Assembly (NCBI GenBank): GCA_027717985.1
Contig: JALLOO010000004.1
Coordinates: 1 to 62,586 of the forward strand
DNA length: 62,586 bases
Direction: 5' to 3'
Source: Patescibacteria group bacterium AH-259-L05
Lineage (GTDB): Bacteria; Patescibacteriota; Patescibacteriia; UBA2591; UBA6264
Shown: positions 9,866 to 19,142 of the stretch, one piece after another
Numbering within the stretch: the stretch's first letter is position 1
Layout of the letters: each line of letters opens with the position of its first letter
Notes under the pieces: model-generated
Database searches by the model: none
What the model was told of the DNA's origin: nothing
Seen by the model: the letters and a program-made list of their open reading frames with translations, nothing else
Program-made: the position numbers and the translations under genes

Positions 9866-10036
9866 ATGCGTGCACGACCTGCTTTCTTCATTGTTGTTGG
9901 TGCCGGACTTATAATCGGAGCTGCTCTAGGATATGTGCCTGCTACCATACCAATCGCATTTATCGCAACTCCTGTAGGTATAAAAATACAAGCATGGTGG
10001 CGTAAATCAAGGAGAGAAAAAAAGACCATATCGTAA
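9866..10036 (+). CDS. 56-aa small membrane protein (MRARPAFFIVVGAGLIIGAALG...WWRKSRREKKTIS), absent from the ORF track
   Basis: TTGACA 9796, TATAAT 9820, SD AGGAGG, hydrophobic segment, terminator overlapping the stop. Confidence 0.7.
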   Translation: MRARPAFFIVVGAGLIIGAALGYVPATIPIAFIATPVGIKIQAWWRKSRREKKTIS

Positions 10037-10085
10037 TAAGAGATATGGTCTATTTTTTTATCCAAAAGCAAAAGGATAGCATTCG

Positions 10086-10700
10086 CTATCCTTGTAAGGC
10101 AATTTTGATTACGTCTGGACGTTGCAATGTGTTAACTGAAGCAATGTCGAGCGCCTCGGCTACTAATAAAAGCAGCTCATCTCTAGTTGCTAAAATCACC
10201 TTTTTAGAATTTTGTTTTTGCAAACGGTGCGCATCAGTCAAAATCTTGATATCAGTTTGTCCAATAAGGTCATAAACGGTTATCTTAAAATAATCTATCG
10301 CCTGCTTGTCTCTGGTGGCCTTTCTTTTGAAAAATTTGCGCAGTTTCTCCTGGCCTTCGTTGCTGAAGTCTCTTAATTGCATCCGGGTAATTTTTTCTTT
10401 TACATCAGTTTCTTTTGATTTAAAACGACGCCACTTATTTTGCTTACGCATTTGGAAAAGCATCTTTTTCACCAGTTTTGCCTGTTTTCGAACATAGGGA
10501 CCTCCTCTTACTGACCCCTTGCGACTAATTTTCTTAATTTGCCATGAAACAGCAGATGGAATATAGACATTGAAAAAATGTGTTAAGCAATGTCTCTCTT
10601 TATATTTGAGAAGAATAGAAGTGTCAACAATAATTAATGGCTCGGTAAAGATTTGCTTTTCTTGATAATCAGCAAGCGAACAACATTCTGATTCTGACAC
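10086..10700 (-). CDS. PIN-domain protein
   Basis: IIVDTSILL ... TDIKIL ... LATRDELL acidic PIN motifs; own TTGACA-N17-TATACT promoter. Confidence 0.7.
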   Translation of the reverse strand: MSESECCSLADYQEKQIFTEPLIIVDTSILLKYKERHCLTHFFNVYIPSAVSWQIKKISRKGSVRGGPYVRKQAKLVKKMLFQMRKQNKWRRFKSKETDVKEKITRMQLRDFSNEGQEKLRKFFKRKATRDKQAIDYFKITVYDLIGQTDIKILTDAHRLQKQNSKKVILATRDELLLLVAEALDIASVNTLQRPDVIKIALQG

Positions 10701-10863
10701 GTAACCCCCTTTCTTGTTTGTTTGGAAATTTATTGATCAAAGAACCAACCTGTATTATCAATAGTATATCACATTTTACTGTCTATGTCAATAGCACTTG
10801 CTTTTTTATTTGTTAATGATATAATCTACATATAGTTTTTTTTATACAGAGGAAGGAGGAAAC

Positions 10864-11466
10864 ATGAAAAGATATGTAATTGACCCCAAACTTTTCCAAG
10901 AAGCACAGCAAAATGCTGTTATCACAATGAGCACACTTATATCCAAAAATAACACGATAGAAGGTGCAGGAATCATTATTTCAGAAAATAAAGTCCTTGT
11001 GCCACTTCACTGTACCACAGGCAAAACAGTAGTTGTCAAAGATGGAAGAACATATCCGGCGAGAAATGAAGGTTCTTTTCTAGGCGAAGCAGAGATAGCA
11101 GTACTCACGATAAACAATTCTGCATTTCATAAACCTAATCTAAAAATAGGACCTAATCTTGAACAAGGAGAATTTGTTTTTTGGACCGCACCATTTAACA
11201 AATTTAAAAAACCAGTATTTAGTGGATATATTACTACCTCAAGTATTGGCGATGATGATATGGTGTACTATTATGTTGATGGCATTGTTATCCCGGGTAT
11301 GTCTGGAGCCGGCGTATATAACTATAGAGGTGAATTAGTTGGTATGCTCAAGGGCATTCAAACGTATAATGAGGCGAAAATGGGCATTATATTACCGGTT
11401 ACCTATCTTTTGCCATTTATTTACTCATACAGAGAAGATTTACGTCCGCCAAAAGCAGAAGCATAA
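10864..11466 (+). CDS. Trypsin-like serine protease (S1)
   Basis: GAGIII, VPLHC (His), PGMSGAGV (Ser); SD AAGGAGG. Confidence 0.8.
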   Translation: MKRYVIDPKLFQEAQQNAVITMSTLISKNNTIEGAGIIISENKVLVPLHCTTGKTVVVKDGRTYPARNEGSFLGEAEIAVLTINNSAFHKPNLKIGPNLEQGEFVFWTAPFNKFKKPVFSGYITTSSIGDDDMVYYYVDGIVIPGMSGAGVYNYRGELVGMLKGIQTYNEAKMGIILPVTYLLPFIYSYREDLRPPKAEA

Positions 11467-11656
11467 AATTGCATATTAAAAAGACCGCTTCATATACAGT
11501 GAGTGGTCTTTTTATTTGACTCTTGCTTTTTTTATTTTGTGTGTTACTATAATTCCTAAGGGCGAATCAAATAGAAAAGTTTACTTTTATATTTGTGAGC
11601 CCTGACGGAATTTCAAGCTTTGCTTATATATATGCTATTTGACATTTTATTAATGA

Positions 11657-11729
11657 CGCGGGGTAGAGCAATTGGCAGCTCGCCAGGCCCATAACCTGGA
11701 GGTTGAGGGTTCGAGTCCCTCCCCCGCAA
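11657..11729 (+). tRNA. tRNA-fMet(CAT), initiator
   Basis: C1:A72 mismatch (CGCGGGG...CCCCGCA-A), anticodon arm CCAGG-CCCATAA-CCTGG, T arm GAGGG-TTCGAGT-CCCTC. Confidence 0.92.
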
Positions 11730-11767
11730 TATGGCCCTTCATTGCCTAAAGCAATGGAGGGCAACTT

Positions 11768-11839
11768 GGCAGGGTAGCTCAGCGGTAGAGCACCAGTATC
11801 ATAAACTGGCCGTCACGGGTTCAAATCCCGTCCCTGCTA
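11768..11839 (+). tRNA. tRNA with CAT anticodon (probably elongator Met; Ile2 not excluded)
   Basis: GGCAGGG/CCCTGCT acceptor, CCAGT-ATCATAA-ACTGG anticodon arm, ACGGG-TTCAAAT-CCCGT T arm. Confidence 0.9.
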
Positions 11840-11984
11840 CTCTCAAAAAAGCGAGATCATTGCCTCGCTTTTTTGGTTGGGGAAAAGTGGTGTTGACAAG
11901 AACGAACATTTGTGTTATAATGGACAATGAAAGTGAAAGAGAGGTTCTTTCATAAATATCACTCCAAACAAAAGGGAGGAAAAC

Positions 11985-12146
11985 ATGAAAAAGTTTATCG
12001 AGTTGCTTCTAGTCGCAATACCTGTAAGGTTTTATCGGGATTTTCTTTGTAAAGATGCAGGACATATCTGCAGGGACTGTTTTATGCGAAAAGGCTATTA
12101 TTTATGGTACATGGATTCTTTCGGTGAAAAAAGGCCAGGGTTGTAA
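11985..12146 (+). CDS. 53-aa small protein with C-x4-H-x-C-x2-C, absent from the ORF track
   Basis: TTGACA-N17-TATAAT promoter, SD GGGAGG, terminator AAAAGGCCAG...CTGGCCCTTTT overlapping the stop. Confidence 0.65.
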   Translation: MKKFIELLLVAIPVRFYRDFLCKDAGHICRDCFMRKGYYLWYMDSFGEKRPGL

Positions 12147-12360
12147 CTCTGGCCCTTTTTTAAGAAATAGTGTGCAGCAGGGTGGGGTAGATTAGAGCTT
12201 AAACCCCAAGAGTAAGGGCTACCTCACTTTTCAATCGCTGCCAAACCATTAATTCTCTCATAATCTGGTTCCCCCAGTAGTAGAGCATAGCTCACTACGG
12301 GGCAGGCAACTAAATCCCACGAGGTCTATTTTTTTATTTAAAACAAAAAACGGCGTGCAT

Positions 12361-13605
12361 TTATTTGCAGCCGTCTTTTTTTATCAGTTTTTTCCAAGTC
12401 ATTGCTGGTATGTAATTCTCTAAAATTTCAATAAAATCTTGTACAAGTGTCGGGCCGCTCAATGTTTTCATCAATCTCCCGTCTACAAATATCGGAGCTT
12501 TCGGATCTTCTCCCGTGCCAGGCAATGAGATTCCAATATCAGCATGTTTTGACTCGCCTGGTCCATTTACCACACATCCCATAACTGCAATATTTAAATC
12601 TTCAACGCCTGGATATCTTTCTTTCCATTGCGGCATTTGTTTTGCAATATATGTGGTAATCTCCTCTGCCATTGCCATAAAAAAGGTGCTGGTTGTGCGT
12701 CCACATCCTGGACACGCAGCAACTGAAAGCATAAAATTTCGTATGCCCAGTGATTGAAGCACATGCTGGCATATATATACCTCTGTTGTGCGATCCTCGT
12801 CTGGGGCAGGGGTTAGTGAAGCTCGAATCGTATCCCCTATTCCTTCCGAGAGCAAACAGGTCAATGCCGCAGTTATGGCAACAATACCTTGTAAGCCCAT
12901 ACCAGCCTCGGTGAGCCCGATATGAAGCGGATAATCACAGCGGCTCGCAAGTACCCGATTAACGGTAACAACATCTGAAACTGACGAAAGTTTTGCGCTC
13001 ACCACAATTTTATTATGAGCAAATCCGAGTTTTTCTGCCTGCTGTGCTGATTCTAATACACTTTCTACCACCGCATCCAAGAGCACCGTATGGGAATCCT
13101 GTGGACTCTGACGTTTTGCATTTTCATCCATGAGACGCGTCAAAAGCTGTTGATCAATTGATCCCCAGTTCACCCCAATGCGTACGGGCTTATTGTTTTT
13201 GATCGCAACCTCGATGATCTGTTGAAAATGCGGATCACGGTTCTTGCCCGCACCAACATTTCCTGGATTAATACGGTACTTATCTAAAGTCTTCGCACAT
13301 TCAGGAAAATCACGCAATAAAATATGTCCGTTATAATGAAAATCGCCGATTAAAGGCACATCTATATCCTGATCTATTAATGCCTTTTTTATCTCTGACA
13401 CCGTTGCTGCGGCTTGCTTGGTATTTACGGTAATACGCACCAACTCAGACCCTGCTTCAAAAAGCTCTCTTATCTGCTTAACCGTAGATTTAACATCTGC
13501 CGTATCAGTATTGGTCATTGATTGAACCCGTATCGGGTTATCTCCACCAATACCAACATCACCGACCATAACAACTTGAGAAACGCGTCTTGTATATGTA
13601 TTCAT
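12361..13605 (-). CDS. ispG: (E)-4-hydroxy-3-methylbut-2-enyl-diphosphate synthase, [4Fe-4S]
   Basis: [44 protein letters not shown]. Confidence 0.97.
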   Translation of the reverse strand: MNTYTRRVSQVVMVGDVGIGGDNPIRVQSMTNTDTADVKSTVKQIRELFEAGSELVRITVNTKQAAATVSEIKKALIDQDIDVPLIGDFHYNGHILLRDFPECAKTLDKYRINPGNVGAGKNRDPHFQQIIEVAIKNNKPVRIGVNWGSIDQQLLTRLMDENAKRQSPQDSHTVLLDAVVESVLESAQQAEKLGFAHNKIVVSAKLSSVSDVVTVNRVLASRCDYPLHIGLTEAGMGLQGIVAITAALTCLLSEGIGDTIRASLTPAPDEDRTTEVYICQHVLQSLGIRNFMLSVAACPGCGRTTSTFFMAMAEEITTYIAKQMPQWKERYPGVEDLNIAVMGCVVNGPGESKHADIGISLPGTGEDPKAPIFVDGRLMKTLSGPTLVQDFIEILENYIPAMTWKKLIKKDGCK

Positions 13606-14555
13606 TTCCTCTTCCTCTCTGCTTCTTTTCGAAGCCGTTTTAAGGCAGGAGAAGCAAAAGTTATATCTTCATCTATGCCTTGAAGCTCCTCAATATCATC
13701 TGCGCCAAACTCTCGAAGCTTATCAACTACCGCTTGGAGTATACGCTCTGGCGTTGATGCTCCTGAACTTACCCCTATTACGTTCTTATCTTTTAATTGA
13801 TCTTTGTTCAAACCATTCGCATCCTCAATAAAATAGGTGGGAACACCGCAGGAAACAGCAACCTCAAACAAACGATTGGTATTAGAACTCCTCTCTTGAG
13901 ATCCGACAATATATATGATATCAGAAACCTTTGCAAGATTTTTTACTGCATCCTGTCTATACTGTGTTGCATAGCAGATATCTGAAGTCTGTGGCCCTAT
14001 AATAGGGGGGAAACGTTTTTTAAGAGTCTGGATTATCTCTTTGGTCTCATCAACACTCAGAGTTGTCTGTGTTACGTACGCTACTTTTAATGGATTAGAA
14101 ACAACAACACGTTCTGCTTCCTCAACTGACCCTACTACAACCACGTGATCAGGTGCCTCACCCGTCACCCCTATTTCCTCAGGATGTCCTTCGTGGGCAA
14201 TATAAATAATAGTATAATCATCTCGTGCCCAACGCTTAACTTCAAGGTGAACCTTGAGTACCAAGGGACACGTTGCATCAAGAATATCCAGATACTTTTC
14301 ACGCGCTTCATCCCATACGGTTGGCGCTACGCCATGAGCACGTAACACTACTTTTGCTCCTCGCGGTATATGTTTGATTTCCTCAACAAATACAGCTCCT
14401 TTTTGTGCCAATGGCTCAATCGCATGTCTATTATGAACAATCCAGCCATATACATAAACTGGCGAACCATACACTTTAAGCGCAAGATCTACTACCTCAA
14501 TTGCCTGATCAACACCTGCACACGGACCTTGTGGTTTTGCTAATTTAACTTGCAT
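13602..14555 (-). CDS. ispH: 4-hydroxy-3-methylbut-2-enyl diphosphate reductase, [4Fe-4S]
   Basis: GPCAGV, IVHN, AHG, DATCPLV, QTT, ICYAT, SSN, GASTP; start at the SD-preceded ATG 14555. Confidence 0.96.
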   Translation of the reverse strand: MQVKLAKPQGPCAGVDQAIEVVDLALKVYGSPVYVYGWIVHNRHAIEPLAQKGAVFVEEIKHIPRGAKVVLRAHGVAPTVWDEAREKYLDILDATCPLVLKVHLEVKRWARDDYTIIYIAHEGHPEEIGVTGEAPDHVVVVGSVEEAERVVVSNPLKVAYVTQTTLSVDETKEIIQTLKKRFPPIIGPQTSDICYATQYRQDAVKNLAKVSDIIYIVGSQERSSNTNRLFEVAVSCGVPTYFIEDANGLNKDQLKDKNVIGVSSGASTPERILQAVVDKLREFGADDIEELQGIDEDITFASPALKRLRKEAERKRK

Positions 14556-14703
14556 GGAATCCTCCTTTCTCAATGATCTAATTCCTACATACCATATCAA
14601 AAATATGATATGGTGTCAATGCTCTTGACAAAAACTTTGATTTGTGGCAGACTATATACAAAGTTCATTCACATACATAAACCAAACAATCAAGGAGGAA
14701 CAC

Positions 14704-16026
14704 ATGATGTGGAAAAAGTACTTTGGTGCAATACTGGTCATAAGTATTTTCTTTGCCTGCAGCTTTGATAGCCCGACGAAACCAACGCAAGAACAACCGG
14801 AAACAGTACTGAATGATACAACGCGCTATATTATAACATTTGAAACAGCCGAGGGCGCCGATATAGCAGAGATGATTTTTACGACCTTATTTGGCTATAA
14901 CATCTTTTACGTTGCTACAGAAATCCACAGCCTTATTGTTGATATGCCGCGGTTAAAAACATTGTCAAAAACAGTTTCAAGTCCGGGAGGAAGTTTTCGT
15001 CTTGAAAAGGTCACAGGAGAGCTACGCGCAACCTTTACAACTGCAAGTGGTGATGAATTTAATGCAATGTATGTAGAGGAAGATGATCCAAAAATGTATT
15101 GGCAGCTCAATACTGATACATATGAACTCCAGGGAGATACCAGCTGGCTTTGGCATATCAATATGATTCAAGCAGATCAATCATGGAATGCTGGTTTTAA
15201 AGGAGATGGAGTAACAACCATCTATACTGATGGAGGATTATGTCCTGACTATCAATCACATCCAGCATTTGCTGCCATTGATACCTCTATATCATTTAAC
15301 CCCTATACTGATTCAACTGATATAGAGGCAGACAAATACGAAACAAACCATGGATCTCTTGTTTTCTATTTAGGAGTAGGACAACCTTATCCTTATCAAG
15401 AAAACCAGTACTTGAGTGGTGTAGCTCCTGGGAGCAGAGCTGGATTGGTTAAACTATTTGAAATGCCGTGGGCGTCTCGGGCAATGGCAATTAAAGCAAC
15501 TGATATCGCCATCGACTTTAACCCGGACGTCATCTCAATGAGCTGGGGCGGCGGCGGAAAATCACCCACACTTCAATTACTTTTTGAAAAAGCTTATGAA
15601 AAAAGAATTGTACTGGTGGCCGCTGCTGGAAATGATGATGATTCTCCTGTACTGTATCCTGCGGGCTATTCCCAGGTCATTGCAGTCGGCGCTGTTTACG
15701 GTAATGGAGAAAAAGCATATTTTAGTAATTATGGACAAGACCTTGAAATTATGGCGCCAGGAGTAAATGTTACATCATTTTATGGTTGTGAAATTGGAGC
15801 AGCTTCTGGAACCTCTGTGTCAACGCCTTTGGTTGCAGGAGCAATAGCACTGTATATTCAAAAGTATAGGCAGATCAGAAATAATGCTTATACTAGACCA
15901 TCGCTTCTGATGCTTCGCTATCATTTACACAATTCTGCAGAAAAAGAAAATATGGGCAATAACGACTGGACTAATTACATGGGCTTTGGAATCGTAAAAG
16001 CCATGAATTTATTAGCGCAACTTTGA
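14704..16026 (+). CDS. Subtilisin-like S8 serine peptidase, predicted lipoprotein
   Basis: Signal ending in lipobox FFAC; DGG, NHGS, AAAGN, SGTSVSTP catalytic motifs; SD AAGGAGG. Confidence 0.88.
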   Translation: MMWKKYFGAILVISIFFACSFDSPTKPTQEQPETVLNDTTRYIITFETAEGADIAEMIFTTLFGYNIFYVATEIHSLIVDMPRLKTLSKTVSSPGGSFRLEKVTGELRATFTTASGDEFNAMYVEEDDPKMYWQLNTDTYELQGDTSWLWHINMIQADQSWNAGFKGDGVTTIYTDGGLCPDYQSHPAFAAIDTSISFNPYTDSTDIEADKYETNHGSLVFYLGVGQPYPYQENQYLSGVAPGSRAGLVKLFEMPWASRAMAIKATDIAIDFNPDVISMSWGGGGKSPTLQLLFEKAYEKRIVLVAAAGNDDDSPVLYPAGYSQVIAVGAVYGNGEKAYFSNYGQDLEIMAPGVNVTSFYGCEIGAASGTSVSTPLVAGAIALYIQKYRQIRNNAYTRPSLLMLRYHLHNSAEKENMGNNDWTNYMGFGIVKAMNLLAQL

Positions 16027-16099
16027 TTAGCAAACGTCATAAAAAGCTCTCATCGCACTATTGATGAAGAGCTTTTTACTTTTGATATATAATGCAAAA

Positions 16100-16636
16100 C
16101 TACTTTTGGTGTAAAATGTTGAATCGTTTTGTCAAAAATTCTATGACAAAAACTGCAAGGATGGCAGTAACAATCCCGCCTACAATATCAATGGGGTAAT
16201 GAACACCAACAAATATTCTGCTTAACCCAACTAAAAAAGCAGGGATTAATAAAATTAAGCCAAACTTTTTCCAATCAACTAATACGCTGAATACCATGAC
16301 AAACGCAAGAGAGGTATGCCCTGAGGGAAAAGAATAGTCAGTAGGAGGAACGAAAAACTTTGTTAATTGATAAATTTCATTATGCGTTATAAACGGGCGA
16401 GGACGAGCGACGACTTGATTGGTTATATATTCAACAAGAGCGACAAGAATAACCGCGCTTATGATTTTAACTGCCATGATACCAATTTTTTTTCTTTTTT
16501 TTGAGAAAAAATATACCCCAAAAATAATAAGAGGAAGGGCATAAATTAAAAAATCAGAAAATATAATGCCTATCATATCAAGCCACAACCACTTGCCTGC
16601 AAAGCTATTAATAAATGTAAGTAAAGAATAATCCAT
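16100..16636 (-). CDS. PAP2 family phosphatase (undecaprenyl-PP phosphatase-like)
   Basis: RPRP, SFPSGH, SRIFVGVHYPID motifs. Confidence 0.92.
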   Translation of the reverse strand: MDYSLLTFINSFAGKWLWLDMIGIIFSDFLIYALPLIIFGVYFFSKKRKKIGIMAVKIISAVILVALVEYITNQVVARPRPFITHNEIYQLTKFFVPPTDYSFPSGHTSLAFVMVFSVLVDWKKFGLILLIPAFLVGLSRIFVGVHYPIDIVGGIVTAILAVFVIEFLTKRFNILHQK

Positions 16637-17052
16637 TATTCGCCTACTACTTTAACAATTAAAGTCCTCTCACGAGATCGGTTATCAAAATCGCATAGTA
16701 CAACATTCTCCCACGTACCTAAGGTCATTTTACCTTTGCTGATCGGAACAGCTAACGATGGTCCGATTAAACTGGCGCGCAGATGTGAAAATCCATTATC
16801 ATCGCCCCAGGTTGCACCATGGTGATACTGTTTATTCTTTGGTATAATCTTTTCTAACAATTCTTCAAAATCTTTAACTAAATTCGGCTCATGTTCAATC
16901 GTAGTAATCGCCGAGGTCGAGCTCGTACTAAAAACCACGACAATCCCCTCTTTTATTTTGGAATCAGATACAATATCACTAACGCGATCGGTTATATCAA
17001 CAACATCGCAAAACCCTTTGGTTGAAACACTGATTTCTTCTTGATATGTCAT
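16636..17052 (-). CDS. YjbQ/UPF0047 family protein
   Basis: HHG-x3-DDNGFSHLRASL, LGTWE-x-V-x-CDFD. Confidence 0.9.
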   Translation of the reverse strand: MTYQEEISVSTKGFCDVVDITDRVSDIVSDSKIKEGIVVVFSTSSTSAITTIEHEPNLVKDFEELLEKIIPKNKQYHHGATWGDDNGFSHLRASLIGPSLAVPISKGKMTLGTWENVVLCDFDNRSRERTLIVKVVGE

Positions 17053-17116
17053 ATATATTAGTCTATTATAAAAATAAACACTTAACAACTGGTATTTTCT
17101 TTGATACAATCATACC

Positions 17117-17434
17117 ATGGCAAAAATAACTAAACAACACATTATCAAAGCTCTTCAGCAATGTATTGATCCTGAACTTCGCATTGATATATGGAGCTTA
17201 GGGTTAATTTATGACATTCGTATAAAAACGAAAGATAAACAAACCATTGTTGATATTACGGCGACCTTAACCACGCCTGCATGCGCGCTTGGCCCTCATA
17301 TCTTACAAGACATTACCACTAACGTAGAAAAAATATCTGGTGTTAAACAATGCAATGTGGTCATTACCTTTGAGCCGCGCTGGACGCCAGAGAAAATGAC
17401 TGAAGAAGCAAAAGCACAATTAGGATTTTTATAA
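17117..17434 (+). CDS. DUF59 (SufT/PaaD-like) metal-sulfur cluster assembly factor
   Basis: DPEL-x-IDI-x2-LGLIY, TLTTPAC, EPRWT. Confidence 0.9.
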   Translation: MAKITKQHIIKALQQCIDPELRIDIWSLGLIYDIRIKTKDKQTIVDITATLTTPACALGPHILQDITTNVEKISGVKQCNVVITFEPRWTPEKMTEEAKAQLGFL

Positions 17435-17502
17435 AGGTCTTGACACTTTTAGCCAATTCTTCTATACTACTAAGGTAACTAACAAATAAAAGGAGAAACA
17501 CT

Positions 17503-18357
17503 ATGGCACAATCGAAAAGTAACGTACTCACGGTCAATTACCAATCAAAAGATGCTCCGCAAACGTTTGTACGATCACTGAAAAGTACTGGCTTTGCGGT
17601 TATCTCAAATCATGGAATTAAACACTCGCTGATTACCAAAGTATATAATGAATGGAAAAAATTCTTTGCAAGCACGGCAAAACATGACTATTTGCGTGAT
17701 AAAGGAAAACAGGCTGGCTATTTCCCTTTTCTCTCTGAAAATGCAAAAGGATATTCTAAAAAGGATCTGAAAGAATTCTATCACTTCTATCTCTGGGGAC
17801 GATTGCCGAAAGGAATGAGCAACGCCACGAAAAAACTGTTTAAGCAATTGGTCGCGTGCGCTGCAACGCTTCTTCAATGGACAGAAGAACAAACACCTGA
17901 AACTGTACGATCGCAATTTTCTATGCCACTTCCTGAAATGATCAAGGGGAGCAACCGAAATCTCCTCAGAATTATCCACTATCCGCCGCTCACCGGGAAA
18001 GAAGAGGAAGGCACGGTACGAGCAGCTGCCCATGAAGATATTAATCTTTTGACCGTACTCGTTGCGGGAACACAAATCGGACTTCAGGCACAAGATCTTG
18101 AAGGAAACTGGCATATGGTCTCCTGTGACCCGGGAATGCTGGTGGTAAATGCTGGTGATATGCTCAAAATGTGCTCAGGCGGCTATTATCCCTCAACCAA
18201 ACACCGTGTTATCAATCCAACAGGTGAAGATGCAAAAAAATCTCGATATTCTATGCCGCTCTTCCTCCATCCGCGTGATGAGGTCAGACTTTCCAAGACC
18301 CATACAGCCAAGAGTTATCTATTAGAACGGCTGGAAGAAATTGGCTTGAAAAAATAA
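17503..18357 (+). CDS. 2-oxoglutarate/Fe(II) oxygenase, isopenicillin N synthase family
   Basis: HEDINL (HxD), NAGDML, HRV, RYS motifs. Confidence 0.92.
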   Translation: MAQSKSNVLTVNYQSKDAPQTFVRSLKSTGFAVISNHGIKHSLITKVYNEWKKFFASTAKHDYLRDKGKQAGYFPFLSENAKGYSKKDLKEFYHFYLWGRLPKGMSNATKKLFKQLVACAATLLQWTEEQTPETVRSQFSMPLPEMIKGSNRNLLRIIHYPPLTGKEEEGTVRAAAHEDINLLTVLVAGTQIGLQAQDLEGNWHMVSCDPGMLVVNAGDMLKMCSGGYYPSTKHRVINPTGEDAKKSRYSMPLFLHPRDEVRLSKTHTAKSYLLERLEEIGLKK

Positions 18358-18486
18358 AGTACTAAAATAAAAAAGAAATAAAAAAGACTCTGATTACTAT
18401 ATCAGAGTTTTTTTCTTGACGTAGGTAGGTGTATATGCTATACTAAATCTGTTCTTTTCAAAAACATCAACAGGGAGGTAGTAACG

Positions 18487-19032
18487 ATGAAAAGTAATGA
18501 AGTTGTTACCTTGCGTCGTGATTGTGAAGGAACATTGATTCCTGCAGGCACTAAAGTTGCTCTCAGGAAAGGTCACGAGGTGAGAATCACCCAATCGCTT
18601 GGAGGAAACTATACAGTAGTTATCCATGATAATATGGTACGTATTGATAGCAAAGATGCTGATGCGCTTGGAAAAGAACCTATAAGTTCATCAAAGGGCA
18701 TCAAGCTAACAGGTAATAGAACGATTGAGGAATTAGTATGGGAACAGATGAAAACGTGCTATGATCCTGAAATTCCGGTCAACATTGTTGATCTCGGCCT
18801 CATCTACTCTTGTGAAATCAAACAGTTGTCAGACCACGGAAACAAGGTAGAGATAAAAATGACACTAACCGCTCCTGGCTGCGGCATGGGAAATATTATT
18901 GCGGATGAGGTTAAGAATAAGGTTCTATCCATACCTGGTGTTACCGAAGCAAGTGTAGAGCTGGTCTGGGATCCGCAATGGAATCAAAGTATGATGTCTG
19001 AAACAGCTAAACTTCAACTCGGGATGTTATAA
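18487..19032 (+). CDS. sufT: Long-form SufT Fe-S cluster assembly protein
   Basis: N-terminal QSLGGNYT domain plus DPEIPVNIVDLGLIY, TLTAPGCGMG, WDPQW. Confidence 0.9.
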   Translation: MKSNEVVTLRRDCEGTLIPAGTKVALRKGHEVRITQSLGGNYTVVIHDNMVRIDSKDADALGKEPISSSKGIKLTGNRTIEELVWEQMKTCYDPEIPVNIVDLGLIYSCEIKQLSDHGNKVEIKMTLTAPGCGMGNIIADEVKNKVLSIPGVTEASVELVWDPQWNQSMMSETAKLQLGML

Positions 19033-19056
19033 CAATTCAAACATATTGCTCTGATA

Positions 19057-19099
19057 TCCACACAACCTCCTCTTGATTTTTTTCACTATGTGTGCTATA
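19057..19099 (+). repeat. 43-bp promoter module, copy 1 (identical to 20124-20166)
   Basis: TCCACACAACCTCCTCTTGATTTTTTTCACTATGTGTGCTATA, containing TTGATT-N17-TATA. Confidence 0.9.
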
Positions 19100-19142
19100 G
19101 TATTACTGCTCTTTAAAACCAAAACATGAAAGGGAAAAAATA

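Noticed and set aside
9793-10071. 92-aa minus-strand ORF
   Set aside because: Shadow of the plus-strand 56-aa ORF, which has the promoter, SD and terminator
11731-11955. 74-aa ORF
   Set aside because: Overlaps the second tRNA, its terminator and the next promoter
17605-18114. Long antisense ORFs (also 8665-9219, 31924-32355, 52864-53388, 60020-60451)
   Set aside because: Shadows of conserved genes with no motifs or expression signals
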